A stretch of DNA of 63,160 nt, counting the filler, from Octopus bimaculoides (taxonomy: Eukaryota): NCBI RefSeq assembly GCF_001194135.2. It is 4 parts of 4 records of this genome, joined end to end, with 100 filler letters (N's around TTAATTAATTAA, not from the genome) between each part and the next. Parts side by side here need not be neighbours in the genome. Positions count along the whole stretch, not along the records: positions 33,094 to 43,432 come from NC_068992.1; positions 43,533 to 63,160 come from NC_068982.1; 2 more parts are not named here. One strand, 5' to 3'. A program made the position numbers and the translations under genes. The notes beneath the pieces were generated by a model that saw only the letters and a program-made list of their open reading frames with translations, had not been told where the DNA came from and did no database searches. The first letter of the stretch is position 1. Every line of letters starts with the position of its first letter. Positions 38,986 to 53,199 of this stretch are shown in pieces.

Positions 38986-40302
38986 ATGAGATTGGATAGA
39001 AACATCATAGAGAGGAGTGTAATGGAAGAGAAAGTGATGCATAGAAATACTAGAAGATGAAGAGCATAATGGGAGAGAGAGAGAGAGTGAAGGATAGAGT
39101 AATGTGGGAAATATTAATGGATAGCAGGAAAATGGGTGACAGAATGGGAGTAATGCAACATTATAAGTAGTGAGTAATGAGAGAGAAAGAGGAATTGAAC
39201 ACAGAGCCCCCAACACATTGCCATTTCTTGTTACACAAGTGCCATGATGGGAAAGAGATAAAGTCCTAATAGGGAGGTACTCTGATAGAGGAGTAGGATG
39301 AGTGAGAGATGAGAGAGCAATGAACACAGTGGGAGATGGTAGATTTTCTACAGATGGGTGCCTTTCCTGTTGCCAACATTCACCTGTTTCCAAAGTTATA
39401 TTTCCCCTTAACCAGAAATGTTCTTACAGTGTTTTGTAAATGAATGACATGAAATGAGATGTCAAAACAAGAACACACACACACACACTAAGCCCATGTA
39501 ACCAAATCTTCAAAACACATACCCTAGAGTGTACAAGAAAGCTGATGCAATAAAATGGGTCCTTAGTGGTGAACAACTAGTTTAGTAAACTAAATAAATA
39601 AATGGCAGGCTGGTCACAACTGAAACGTCTTTGATCATAGTCCAGTTAGACGAAGACTGACCTATTGTTTCTTCAAAAGATTAAACAAATCCATTCCTTG
39701 TATATCTTTGGTAGGAAATTCATAAAGAATATACAAGGTAACTATAACAATATACAAACAATATATGAGTATATGCATATATATGTACATGTATGTACAT
39801 ACCTTCATCTACATGTACATATAGATACATATCTGGGTACATGACGTTGCAAAAAAAACATGGACAAAATGATAAACAAGGTACAAAAAACAAGCACGCC
39901 ACATCTCGTTATTTGGGGGGGGAGAAGGTCAGGGGATTTCTAATATTAATTTTCGAGTTATTTACGCAGTTTTCAAAGATGTCAATATTTTTTCATCTCT
40001 TTGTTTTTTTTTTCTTTTTTGTCAAGCTTTCGCTTATATATATATATGTAGATAAAGATATACATTAAAATCTTGTCTTCACAATTGTACTATAACTACC
40101 TTGAGAAAACTGATGAATGCCTCAACATTACGTTGCTCCAGCATCCATAAAGTAACAAGCAGCTGCTAGACTGGAGGACGATTCTGTAACCTGGTATCGC
40201 TTCACAGCTGCAAACATTTCATTTTGCATACAATGGTAAAAGCCTTATGAAAAGAATTAATATCACAACATACCACTGCTTCTAATATATATAAACGTAT
40301 GC

Positions 40303-40392
<90 letters not shown>

Positions 40393-40894
40393 GTATGTAT
40401 ATAAAACGCCTGTAGTTACATAATACATTAACCACAGCCGAGTAAACATCGTATTTTCAATTCATATTCATAGCTATTTTAATTTCACACCTATTACTCA
40501 CCACTACCTCACGAAAGACACGACATGAACGTCACAACATCACATTTACTTAGATATTCCAAAATATCTGCGTGTTAAAAATTATACAGTGTGGTGAAGA
40601 CTAGAATACGTGTCTGATTTCCATTCTCTCAGTTGTAGCCATTTTATTAGGAACCGATTACTAGCGTCTCCCAGGAAGGCATGAACACCACATAATCTCT
40701 TTTCCTCTTATCCTCCTATAATTAATATAATAAATCCATGTTGCTGCTTTGCTAATTGTAAACGTTGACGCCAAAAACTCAAAAGACATCGAAACGTTGG
40801 TCTTCATATTAAATTCTAACAAATACAAACCAGATGACCACTAAATTCCCAAATATTAATGCAGTATACTAATATATAAATTTGGTGTTTTTAC

Positions 40895-40978
40895 CTGCGT
40901 GTATATCCCGATGTCTTCCACTTCATTTGACGTTTCTGTCGTCATTTCGGTTTTCGTTCCATTAGTATTTTCCGCCAT
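40895..40978 (-). CDS. EXOSC10: EXOSC10/RRP6 coding exon 1 (MAENTNGTKTEMTTETSNEVEDIGIYTQ)
   Basis: ATG at 40978, 84 nt open, ends CAG|gtaaaa (phase 0) and joins exon 2 in frame. The peptide itself is poorly conserved; assigned by position and phase. Confidence 0.8.
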
Positions 40979-41309
40979 CGCTTCTCTAAGAATGGGAAAT
41001 TTTTTAAACTTTTCTACAAAAGAATTCTACTAAAGGGAAGTAATTACAGTTACACCTATTTCTTAGAAAGCGTAATTGTTGTTGTCATTAAATTGATAAA
41101 GGCATTTAACAATTGTCTTTGTGTTGTCTTACTACATCCTGTATCTAAGTCCAACTTACGATCAACTTTCATCTGGCCTGGCTCGAGAGAATATATATTT
41201 GTTGAACATAGGCAGTGTTTTGATAGAAAATGTAGCGACGATCATTGACTTTAGCGGCCCATTTTCACTTTTTTAAACAACAGTTTATATTTCATTCCTT
41301 TTTTGTAGA

Positions 41310-41525
41310 AATGGTGAGTAGACCGAATAGTCAGAACATCAAACAAAATACTTCGAGATATTTCTTCCGACTTATTGCATTCTGAGTTCAAATTCTGCAG
41401 GGGAATTAATTATGCTTTTCATCCTACAGGAGTCGTTAAAATAAAATACCCGTCAAGAGTCGATGTATCGATTAACACCCATCCCTTTAAAGAACTACTA
41501 CCCATGTACCAAAATTTGAAAACAG
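41310..41525 (+). mobile_element. Degenerate SINE-A copy upstream of EXOSC10
   Basis: TTCTGAGTTCAAATTCTGC..GCTTTTCATCC. Confidence 0.7.
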
Positions 41526-41829
41526 CAATTCATCCCATACCTCCTTCTCTCGGGTACCCTTGACCCATTCACCTCTCTACTTCTCATTGTCCTTGCTACG
41601 TCCAAACCCAGCACTCGTCACAAATACGCATTTTTTTCCCCTCCCTCGAGACATTGGACCTCTGGAATTTGGTAAATTTTCAGATTAACACCCACACGAT
41701 TTTCACTACGGTATTAGGGTTAGGGTTAGGGACGGAATTTTGAGCAAGTATCCCCTACTATACTAATGTTTTGAGAGTGGAAAGGGTGGAGGGAAGCTAA
41801 GGAAACTCATACATACACACAAATCATCA

Positions 41830-42970
41830 TCATCATCATTTAACGTCCGTTTCCCATGATGGCATGGGCTGGAAGTTTGACAGGAGTTGGCCAGCTGAAA
41901 AGCTTCTCAGGTTCCATGTCTTCTATGGGTCCCACCTGACATTTGAAGAAATTTATTCTTTGGTCACATGCAAAGACTACTTTTTCTGTTAGTCTTCTAG
42001 TGATACCACTGCACCTCTTATGTGTCCAGAGCTTGCACTGGGTACACCTTATGGAGTTCCTTTCAACACCTTTTCTACAAATTGAGCAGGGCCATCTCCC
42101 TAAAGGGATCTGCAATTTGTCTGTTTTCCTACTTATCAATATTTTGGTCTTTGCTAAATTAATTCTAAGGCCCTTTGATTCCAGTTCATGCTTCTTGAAA
42201 GAATGAAGCCAGTATGCTCCACTGGATGGGTAATGTTGGTGTGCATATGTGACAGAGTGTAAGTGATTTGAGAGAAAAACTGGGTATATGAGGCATGAGA
42301 TGTAGTGTGTAAGAGAGAAGACTGCACTAGTATGTCCATGTAATGCATATTAATGAAGACAGTTGCTTCAAGAAGTGCTGATCTCTAATAGTAGAGGGAA
42401 CAAGTAGACCCAGGAAAACATGGGACGACGTCTTAAATTCCTGTTATAGCTTGGAGGACCATGATAAATAAGGGGCTAAGAAGTGACCCCTGGTGGACTC
42501 CAACTTGTACATTAAACTCTTTGCTGTCCTCATTGGCGACTCTTACCTTACTAACAACATCCCTGTATGTGACTTACATAGCTCTCACTAATCACTCATC
42601 TACCCTTAGCTTCCACATTGCCCACCAGATAAGGTGGATCCTGTGCATCTCCTACATATGAAAACTATCTTCTCTAATAACCTTCTTATTCATCCACTGC
42701 ACCTTTTGTGTGTCCATAACTTACACTGGGTACACCATATGGAGTTCCTGCCTACACCTTTCCTACAAATCAAACGGTCACCTACCTGAGGTGGGTGGGT
42801 TCCTGTCAGTTTCTTGCTTAATAGGGCCTTAGGTCTTTGTTAAGTTAACCTTAAGGCCCTTAGATTCCAGGTTTTGCTTCTACACCTGGAATTTCTCATC
42901 TAGCTCTGATATGGAATCTACTATGAGGGCAAGATCATCAGTATATAGTAGTTCTCAGGGGCTGAGAGAG
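41830..42970 (-). mobile_element. Cluster of RTE LINE/SINE fragments in both orientations
   Basis: GRWPCSICRKGVERNSIRCTQCKLWTHKRCSGI zinc-finger-like insert; KSYIQGCC..VRVAN..NVQVGVHQGSLLSPL; two related copies. Confidence 0.75.
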
Positions 42971-43072
42971 AGAGAGAGAGTGTGTGTGGAGGGCAGGCAG
43001 ATTCAATATTTAAGATTGTTCTAGGATTCTGCACCCACATTTTTCATTCAAGTTCACTTTAAAAAAAAATGA

Positions 43073-43210
43073 TATTGGGTTGGTGCCTAATTATTGCAGC
43101 ATTTTTTCAACAAATTTTATTCAACAAAAGCATCTTTAAATGACGGTCTGACCGTCTGTCAAGCAAATGAGAAGCAGTAATTGAAGTAGATGGTGAATAT
43201 GCTCCGGAAT
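43073..43210 (+). mobile_element. Mariner 5' TIR remnant
   Basis: TATTGGGTTGGTGCCTAATTATTGC resembles recalled mariner TIRs (ATTAGGTTGGTGCAAAAGTAATTGC). Confidence 0.55.
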
Positions 43211-43432
43211 AATCATTTAAAGATGTTTTTACTACATGTTGTTATTGCTTTTGCTGATAAAAAGCCGCAAATATAAATATTTTGCATTTATAAATATTTT
43301 TAAAATATAGATTTTGTTCAAACTTAGAAATTTTGTTTGCACATAAAAGTACCAAAGGATTAATAGCAGCATATTTGTTACAAACAAATATATTTTAAAA
43401 CAATTTTTGTTATAAAATAATGTTATATTCTA

Positions 43433-43532
43433 NNNNNNNNNNNNNNNNNNNNNNNNNNNNNNNNNNNNNNNNNNNNTTAATTAATTAANNNNNNNNNNNN
43501 NNNNNNNNNNNNNNNNNNNNNNNNNNNNNNNN
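43433..43532. other. Artificial scaffold spacer 3
   Basis: 44 N + TTAATTAATTAA (43477-43488) + 44 N. Confidence 0.9.
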
Positions 43533-43578
<46 letters not shown>

Positions 43579-45954
43579 TACACACACATAGGAAATAAGT
43601 TACCATATATATATAAGATCGCAATATTGGAATCCCGTTAAACTCACTTGCTTCGATATTAGACGTATAACATTGAATAAATCTGCATGTATTTTGATGT
43701 AGGTTATAATGTAGCAGAAGAATTATATAACACCCAAAGCAAAATATTGATGTTTCGACTGCTTCAACATTATGTTTTTCTTATTGGTATTATTACTAAT
43801 ATCATTTAGAATAATTTTACACAAAATCACCTCATTATACCAAGTGATGATTTTGCAAAAGGGTATGATTGTAAATGGATATGAACGTGCAAGTATGGGT
43901 GCATATGTTCATAATTATTTCATGTTTATTGATTACAGATTCCAATGAGGTGGTTATTATTGTTGCCAACCAATACAAAGGCATGAAATTATTATTTACA
44001 ATGACTGGAACTAAATATCGCACCAGTAAAGTCTGTTTAGATTTTTTTATTTATAAGTGGAGGCCGAGGTTTGAGCTTTAATTATATTTGTATGTCTATA
44101 AATAGGTTTACAGTGCATACAGACGACCCTTCCATTCCGACAAGTAGTTATCGTCTTTCATACACACTCGCATTCATAACTGTGAATATTAATAATCTTC
44201 GGAAATGTAAGCATGAATCTAGTTTATAAAACCTTTATTTAGAAGACATTCACTTATCTAATGAGACTTACAAGTTAATCTATTGAGAAAAAAACTTAAT
44301 TTCCTGATCTTGATTGCCCATGACTCCGTACACAAACATGTTACATTTACGAATATATAAAATTTAATATCCAACTTTGATATTATCATCGAATAATCTC
44401 TTTAGCTTTCAGAGGCCATGCTAAAATACTAATCGACAACTGCTTTGGTGTATTGACTTGAATACACGTTATATAACTTAATCGAATGCATTTTTCTCAT
44501 ACAAGAATATGCGATAAAAGTGTACACAAAATATAGTTGCTGTAACCTGGTGAAGTACATCAGTCGATATAAAAGCAACGTCAAATTATATATATTTCTT
44601 TAGGCTGCGCAATCTTCATCTTTCTAAATTACGCACATTTAGAATGATATAATCAATAACATTACTCGAAGTTTCGTGTACAGTTTATCAGTCACTTGCT
44701 TCAAATCAAATGTCTTCAAAGTAGAATTGTTTCAACAGCCACTTCTTCACCAAGTTCTACTTCAAACGCCCTTATAGATCTAAGTATCTATATCTACATA
44801 AAATGCTCTCACTCGAATATCAAACGCTTGTGTAAATGTTTTTCAGGTCTGATCAAATTTTCTTCCGAGTATAAACAAATTTTTACCTTTACATCTTAAC
44901 TAATCAAAACAAATCACATATTTGAAGCTTTGAAGCACCTTACTCTTCACAGCGGCCATCAGTTCAAACATTTATCCAATTAGAAAAGGGAGAACTTTTT
45001 TCATTGATACAACTTCCATAATCGATATATCAACAAATTCATACGCACATACATACATACATACATACATACATGCGTACATACATACATACATACACAC
45101 ACATAAACACACGTATCTGTATCTATATCGATATACACACAGACACAGTCACAGGCAGACAAACGCACACACATACACACACATGACGTAAGGACCGGAA
45201 GATAAAAGAATAAGCTTAAATCATATATCAAGCTACATTTCTCTGCAGGTATCAATCTATGTAAATTGTATTATAACAAGACGTTTAATTTTCCTAGACT
45301 CTCAAAACACTACACGCACGCGCACGCACACACATACACACTCACACTTACACTCAGTATCAGAAACATACACGCATATATGTATACATATGTATATGTA
45401 TTATGTGTGTGTGTGCGCGTCTGGGTGTGTGCACGCGCGCGTGCATATACATACGTATGAATATTATATATTTATATACATAATTTTATATACAGAAATG
45501 CACACGCTTGTATATAATTTTTGTGTGCGCAGGAAAATAAAGTGAATCTCGAATATAAAAAATTATATTTACGTGTAGCGATTCGTACTCTAGGAATTTG
45601 GTTTCTAGACACACGGGTTAAAATTTCACTACGTGTATAATACATAGTAATGGAAGCGCTTATCTATCACTATATGAACATTTGTGGATATGAATGTTGC
45701 GGAATTATCTTCATATACAGAAGAAATATGTTACTAAAACCTTCGTTAAGTATAGAGCAATAACTAAGTGGAGTTAAAGCATGACATCTACTTATGCGAT
45801 CAAAATTAAGCAAAGAGACACACGGGTGCCCTTGTGTGGCGTGCAAATATATATACTTATATATATATATTTAACACAGTTTTTCTCACTCGCTACATAT
45901 TGAGATCAACTCTACATCCGGAAATCGGTAGACAAACCTTACCACACACACACG

Positions 45955-46003
<49 letters not shown>

Positions 46004-47051
46004 ACGCATTCACACACACGCACACACATAACAACACATAAACACACACATATACGCTATTATGGAACCGTGAGAATGAGGGCTCAACACCGTGGAGGAG
46101 AGTGCGATATGATGTTTCGTATAACGTTATCATAGACTTCTTTACATTTACAGAATGCTCCAAATTTAGCGTTTAGAATACTGTCGCTTACTATGAGCTT
46201 GTCGGCAATAGTATGTGTTCATAACATTTTTGTCATTAACATAGATACTACGGCTTTCTATCAATACCCCAAATGACATAGTATTTCACTGATTTCACTT
46301 TTAAAGACACGTCTCAAGTATTTTGTATAAATTTCCATTTAGCCTTCATTCTAAGTAGTCCTTTCATGGTTCTTTTCACTTTTTCTCTCTGTTTTACAGA
46401 AAACTCAACGTTTGAGCCATTTACATAAAATGTATACTTTCCCAACAATGGTCCAGGATTTATCATTATTCATGGCTAGCTTCTTTGAAAAATCTACCAC
46501 AAAAGAGTTATTATATTTTGTTTATAACCGTTTCAACACGAAATGTTGTGATTGTAAAATATCTTTTTGAAAGCGTTTCTATCATAACAATAAAATGATT
46601 CAAAATGTTTCCAAGGTTTGTGTGCATTGGTTTAAGCATCCACCCATAAACAATGATTTCAGTATTAGTATAGTATGTGACATTATCCAAGATGGTGTGC
46701 AGTGAGGAAAAACTTGGATGCACTTTGCTTGCATTCAGATTTGTAAATAACATAAGTTATTTGTAGCATCTTCAGACATTTTCACTTGTATGATTTGTCA
46801 TTGGCAAGTTTTAAAAACAAAGGCATTTATATAATATATCACTATTGATAATCTTTATTATCGTGAAGAATTTCTTTCTCACTAATTCTAACATAAAAGA
46901 AAGCCATCATCTATATTTAACGTCATATGTTTTATGTAAACAGATCAATCATTAATGAAAGGTACTTTCTATGACTTGGAACATCTTACATTTTATCACA
47001 GGTCTAAATCGCGAATAATCTTGAAACTTGCAACAGACCTTTGATAACATA

Positions 47052-47460
47052 GGTGCAGGAATGGCTGTGTGGTAAGACGTTTGCTTTACAGCCACATAGT
47101 TCTAGGTTCAGATTCACTGCGCTGCAGCTGAGCCTAGTGTGAGCTACTGAAGCTACGGTTTGACCAAAGCTTCCTGGGTGGATTTGGCAGATGGAAATTG
47201 AAAAAAATTTGTCGCATATGTGTGCATGTCTGTATTTATATGCGTGTGTATCTTTGTCTTTGTGTCTTTCCTCGACCACCGCTTGACAAGCGGTGTTGGT
47301 TTGCTTACGTTCCCGTGAGTCAGAAGTTCAGCAAAAGAGGCTGATAGAATAAAGATCAGGCTGCAAAAAAAAATCACACTATTGCCGATCTGTTTGACTA
47401 AACCCTTGATTGTAGTGCCCAGCATGGCCGTAGTCTAAAGACTGAAACAAAGAAAAGATG
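47052..47460 (+). mobile_element. Full-length SINE-B-related copy
   Basis: Head GGAATGGCTGTGTGGTAAG through 3' CCAGCATGGCCGTAGTC..GACTGAAACAA. Confidence 0.85.
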
Positions 47461-48180
47461 AAAACAAAAAGATATGATAAAATAGATGCATCTGAAAATA
47501 ATTTTTACTGAACATATAAACAGTTCATTTCTCATGGCATCATTTCTTTTAATTATTATGGTATAGTATATATGCAAAATGAAAATCTTTGAAGAAATTT
47601 ATGTAGAGATTCTGAAAACTGGTACTTTGTTGGTTTGAAGAGCATTGTTCAGATTTTGAGTCATGAAAACACAATTAATCCCCGTTTTTTTCTGTGGTTC
47701 ATACACATGAGTATATGCTTCAATATGCACAAACTAAACTTAATTACATGTAGATATCAATGGCATGGTGTGTCTATTTGTAGAGTTAAATTATTCCTTC
47801 CTATCCAAATCCAATAATTAATAACAACTAATAACTAATTAATTATAACACAGACACAGATCTTACTGCCGTTCCATAATGTATTACAATCTACCATGAA
47901 CAATCTAATATTCAGTAAATTAATAGATCAACAGGAAATAAAGACTTTTATTTATTCAAGGAAGTAGCTTTGTACACACAGTTTAGATTAGAATATTTAA
48001 AATAGATATGATTGACTGTTTCTCGCTGCGAAAATCAATGAGTATGTTCAATATGATTTGCTATTCTTAAATCAGAAAACTGCCTTTGTTTAACGTTTGA
48101 ATTAAAGTACATTCTCAGTGCGGATTACGTGTTGATAAACAAAACAAATTCGTAGCTGAATTTATTCATGTAAGAATGTC

Positions 48181-48205
48181 ACACATACACACAAACACAC
48201 ACATA

Positions 48206-48300
<95 letters not shown>

Positions 48301-48385
48301 GCATACATATGTAACACACACACAAACAGACACACACATACACACACACATACACAGACATACACACACATACACACACATACAT
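48181..48385. repeat. Long (AC)n microsatellite; representative of dozens of (AT)n, (AC)n, (AG)n, (ATT)n, (ATCT)n and (TACG)n tracts in the window
   Basis: Directly visible. Confidence 0.98.
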
Positions 48386-48989
48386 ATATATATGTGTGTG
48401 TGTGTGTATGTGCATATGCATGTATTTAAATATGTTTCTGGAGGAGAACAAGGTAGAACGGCTTAAACAAGAAAACAGATTGATAGATATAAATTGTGTA
48501 TTGCATCTTTTTTTGCCTTATATCAATTGAAAAGACATTTCATTGGCTGATCATGAAAATATCTCTAAAGTCTGATGTTAAAGCTGGATTTTGATGCAGT
48601 GAATTAACGAAAAAGCAAGTCTATATACATTGTAAGAGCTCTTTTCAAAACAGTGATATGTGATGTTGAATGAATGACTTATTAGCTAAATGAAAAGGTT
48701 GTTCTCGATTTTTATTCTAGTGCACGATTCTTATTTTCATCGACTTATAGCAATGAAGTAATCAGTATAAGATTTTACAATGCATTCTTTTGCGATTTCA
48801 GAATCTTACAGCAAGGTAAATGAATGCACGCAACTTCATTTTTTGCAAAATGGGATGTAAACAATATATAATAGATTCGGTATGAGGACCTAACGTAAAG
48901 CCTTCTATAACGTCTGAGTGATAAGAATATATATATATTTTGTCGACAGAGTTTAAGATTTTCTTTCTTTTATATGTTGTTGATAGTGT

Positions 48990-49870
48990 ATATCTAAACA
49001 ACTCGGGATGCGGAAGATCATCATGTAATTGTTCAAGTGCATGAAACAGATTTCAGGGAAATATTGGTGGTGTGTCAAGTTAAAAATTATACAGCGTTCT
49101 ATATAGGACCCGAAGGCACTGCAATCCCAAAGTCGCAGGTATTGATAGACTTGGGGTTCTATATGTGGAATAATGCATCGTTTTAAGATGGCAACAAAGT
49201 GCAGACAACTGGTAAGATGGATACTGATGTCATTCAAGACAAGAGACCAAGAAACTGTGTTGACCCTTTCGAGAGCATTTGTACTCAGCCGCCTGGACTA
49301 CTGCTCCCAGTTATTGTCACTACATAGTGCCAAACTAACAGCGCGGCTTGAAGCAGTTCAATGCCACTACAGGGATAGGCTGAGAAAACTGCAACTTTAT
49401 TCTCTGGAGCGAAGGCGTGAGAGATTTGCAATAATCTAGATATGGAAAACTCTAGAATGGCTAGTACCTAATTTCGGCATTGAGTGTTATTCAGATGCCA
49501 GACCGGCCATTGTATTGTACCAAAGGTACCATGAACTGCATCTAAATTCAGGACCAAGTACTGCAATAGTCTAGGATTCAAATGCCCACAACACTTTAAT
49601 GCTCTGCCACAAAAAAAAAAAAAGAAATCTGCATAAGGTGGAAGTAGATGTCTTCAAAAAGGAACTAGACATCCTCCTCTCCGCAATACCGGATGAGCCA
49701 ACAGGAACAGACGAGGGCAGCTGAAGTGATCTCCATTATACACTAAATGGGCCAACGGCTGCGACAAAAGCACATACAGGAGCAGTGATACGAAACGCAC
49801 CAGGCTGCGGAAATCAGTAAGACCACAGTGGCGCTCTAGCATGACCGCGGTCGCATTGCTGAAACGAGTA
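48990..49870 (+). mobile_element. CR1/L2/Jockey-group LINE 3' fragment
   Basis: SFKTRDQETVLTL..VLSRLDYCSQL..LEAVQ..RLRKLQLYSLERRRER. Confidence 0.85.
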
Positions 49871-52800
49871 AAAGAGTGTAGCTTAGTGCTTGGATGAAAT
49901 TGTATATTGTGTGGAGACGAGGAATCAAATATAATGAATATATCTTTTCAGTAAGAAAAGATATATCAGTTAGTTCTCAAAATTTCCAAACGTCTGTCGT
50001 CATTCGGGTGAATATACAATAATTAAACGTTAGCTTTGTAAACATCTACTACATGAGAAGTTAATCAAATATGTACAAAACATTTGGTTGTGAAAAATAT
50101 TCAATATCTTCCGTCATTCATTTAATCCAAAATGTTAATATATTTAATTAACTTATAATTATTATGCTATGAGAAACATATATTTGCATAAACGCTGTTA
50201 GAAAGTATTCGGTTGGATTCATTATATTGCTGTAAGAAAACAATTTTTAGGAGTAATAAAAAAAAAAAGGTACATTGTGGGTTCATCCTCAAAATATGCA
50301 GCAACCTGGCAGCTCTGAAGAAAAAGTGCTTGTTGATAGCGTAGCTCTCGACGTTATATGTCTGGAAGAACATAATCGAATATATATTCAAACTGACTCC
50401 TACATGTCCGGCGTACTGATATTAATTATAGGGATTAGTTCTGTTGTCACTGAAAAATTGCAGGAAAACAAGGATATATTTCAAACCGATAGACGTTGTG
50501 TACGTACAGTAAATCACTTGTCGAGAAACTCTCAAAATTATCTAAATAGCTGATACGGAAAAATGCGGTCCAACCTATGATATTAATCCTTTGTGGATAT
50601 TTGAAAATAGATGATAAGTATATGGATGGTATTGAGAAAAGTATTCACTGGTTGAATATTTGGCAAGGTAAATCTTATTGCACAATTGTGGAACGAAAAA
50701 CACTACAAGCCTGACTACCTCTCCAGTATCTGATGTGGAATACTACAGTTACTTAAGAAAAGATGAACATTTTAGTTGTGGTGGAACCTGTGACGAGACA
50801 CACGCGTCAAAATATCAAAACACTGATATAAAATAACTTGGTTCTGAAACCACTCAGCATGCAATAAAACAGTACCTCACAATATGTTTTCTTATCCCTA
50901 CTAACACTTGTTCTACAAGACAAAGCACTAGACGAAATCCGCAGCAATGTTATTAAAACACGTAAACTATATTTTGCAACCTCAGATATTTCTTTATCCA
51001 TATTCATATATACTGTGTCTTTCAAAAGCTCGAGCAATGGGACACATGCTTAGAGGTAGGGCAAATGACTGAGAATATCGTATCACAGAGTTCGACAACT
51101 AAAATCCATCTCGTATCGATGGGTTTCCATATATCATATCTATACACTTCGGGGAGAAAACTACTAAATGTGAGCTGGAAAGGAACACCTTCTCTGCAGA
51201 ACACAACCGCTTTTTTAAAAATTAAAAGCTAAATTCATATCAACAGAATGTCTTCCTTGGTTGTGCTGACAGAGAGACTCAAAAGGATAGTAATATAAGT
51301 TACTAAAGTCTACTCATTTCAACTAACTCCCAGAATATTACTGCTCCGTTTGAAATATAAGATTTTACAATATAAGAACAAATAGGTAACAACCAATTAC
51401 CAGACATTCAGAAGTGAAAGCGATTAGTGACTTTGTCTTAGATGTTACTATGCGATTTTAAAAAACAAAGACAATTTTACAACTGGAACCTGTTTCATCA
51501 CACTTCTTCTCAATGGAAGATGTCCTCTGAGTAATAAACTACAACAACATCAACCATTATATCATATTTTAAATATCGTATCATATAATAATTCTTTTTC
51601 CATTTAGAAATATATTTCGATATACAGCCTGTGCTAGGGGAGTGTATACATCATTTAGTGTATAAATGGAGATGAGAAGGAGTGATTCACGGGGAAATGA
51701 AAATAGAATAACAGAAAATGGAGAAAGGTACTTATAAGTGAAATTTATTGTTTGGTTGTAAATTTTATCTAGCGTGTAACCGCTCAAAATGATAGTCAAG
51801 TGTAATTGTCTGAATAACGGCGAATCAAACATGATTGTGAGGATTAATAATATCAATGATAAATGTTTATGAAATTCTCATAATATGCAGAGTGGTTCCA
51901 AATTACCCTATAATCAACGTCTTACGTTTTTTATTGAGTTTTAATGATTGAAACTATTTCCCAGTTTTCTAAGTGTTAGAACTCTGATTCGTTCAGTTTC
52001 AGTATTCTAGCCTTATATTCATGGTAATAAACTGCATAGATTTTCTAATAGCTATAATGTTTAACTCTCATTCTTGGTGCCTACCTATAGGAGAAATACT
52101 TAATGACTTCTTTGTTAGTCAATACGAAAATATAATCTTGCAAGCTACCACTTAAAAATTCATGTCTACGTGGTATATAAAACAAACACGCAGAATGTTC
52201 TACCTTTCGAACGTTATACCTCAACACTCCTTCTCTTTATTCGTGTGTTTTAGTTGGTACATATATGGTCTCCACTTAGATTGATAAAATATAAACACAA
52301 ACACGAAATAAGTCGTATCGCATTTACGTTTCACTACTGATTCATAAAGTTTCCAACCTGATCTCAAACACACGGATCCAACGTAAAAGCGTAATTTAGT
52401 ACCTTCCAAATTTTGCAACACTTTTCGCAAAAACAACAACAACAGTACATCAGGTACAGTCCGTCGTAGTATATGTACGTACGTACGTACATATACTATA
52501 TGTACGTATATGTACGTACGTACGTACGTACGTATGTATGCATGTATTTAGGTAGGTAAGTTTTTCTTTGAGGTTTATTTAAGTTCTCAAAAGACTTCAA
52601 GCCTGTTGCTGACAAAGCAAAAAGAAAGAGAGTTCCCGGTGTTTGTAAATGTGGTGGAGTTGGTGTGCTGGATGAGCTATCGATGAGTGCGTTTATTCAC
52701 CTAAAAAATCTCAAATGAAAATCTTTGGAATATTTTACAAATCTTCACTGTGCAACAAATAGATTGGATATGGAGAAAATCCAATCTATTCGAAAAGCCT

Positions 52801-53199
52801 AGCGTTTCTAAGATTTCGTGTAAATATGCAGGTACAAAGCGAAATGCAACAATGATGATAGATACAATGAGAATTTAAACAAAGAGTACAAGAGTTGTAA
52901 GTTCTGTATCCGATCACCAAAAATGCTCTCATTCTCCTGGATATTTGATGGCAAATTGACATCTACTGGGCAGCTGAACTCTACAACCGTGCGTGACTTT
53001 TGTCCCATGTTCCACAGGACATTATCAAGTCTATTACGTTTGCACCTAAACGGTGCGTTTATTGGAGTGTTCCATCATGTATGCATGTATGTAATGTGCG
53101 CAAGATAGTGTGTAGTTGTTTCAATATAGGTATGTAAATACCCCCATTCCATATATATATATGCACATATAGAGAGAGTTACTACGCCACTATTAGCCC

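Noticed and set aside
41714-41731. (TTAGGG)3 telomere-like repeat
   Set aside because: Only three units, embedded in what looks like an interspersed repeat, so it does not indicate a telomere or a fusion.
46060-46480. Possible Tc1 transposase remnant on the minus strand
   Set aside because: Only a faint VxxWG-like resemblance amid many stops, and no TIRs found.
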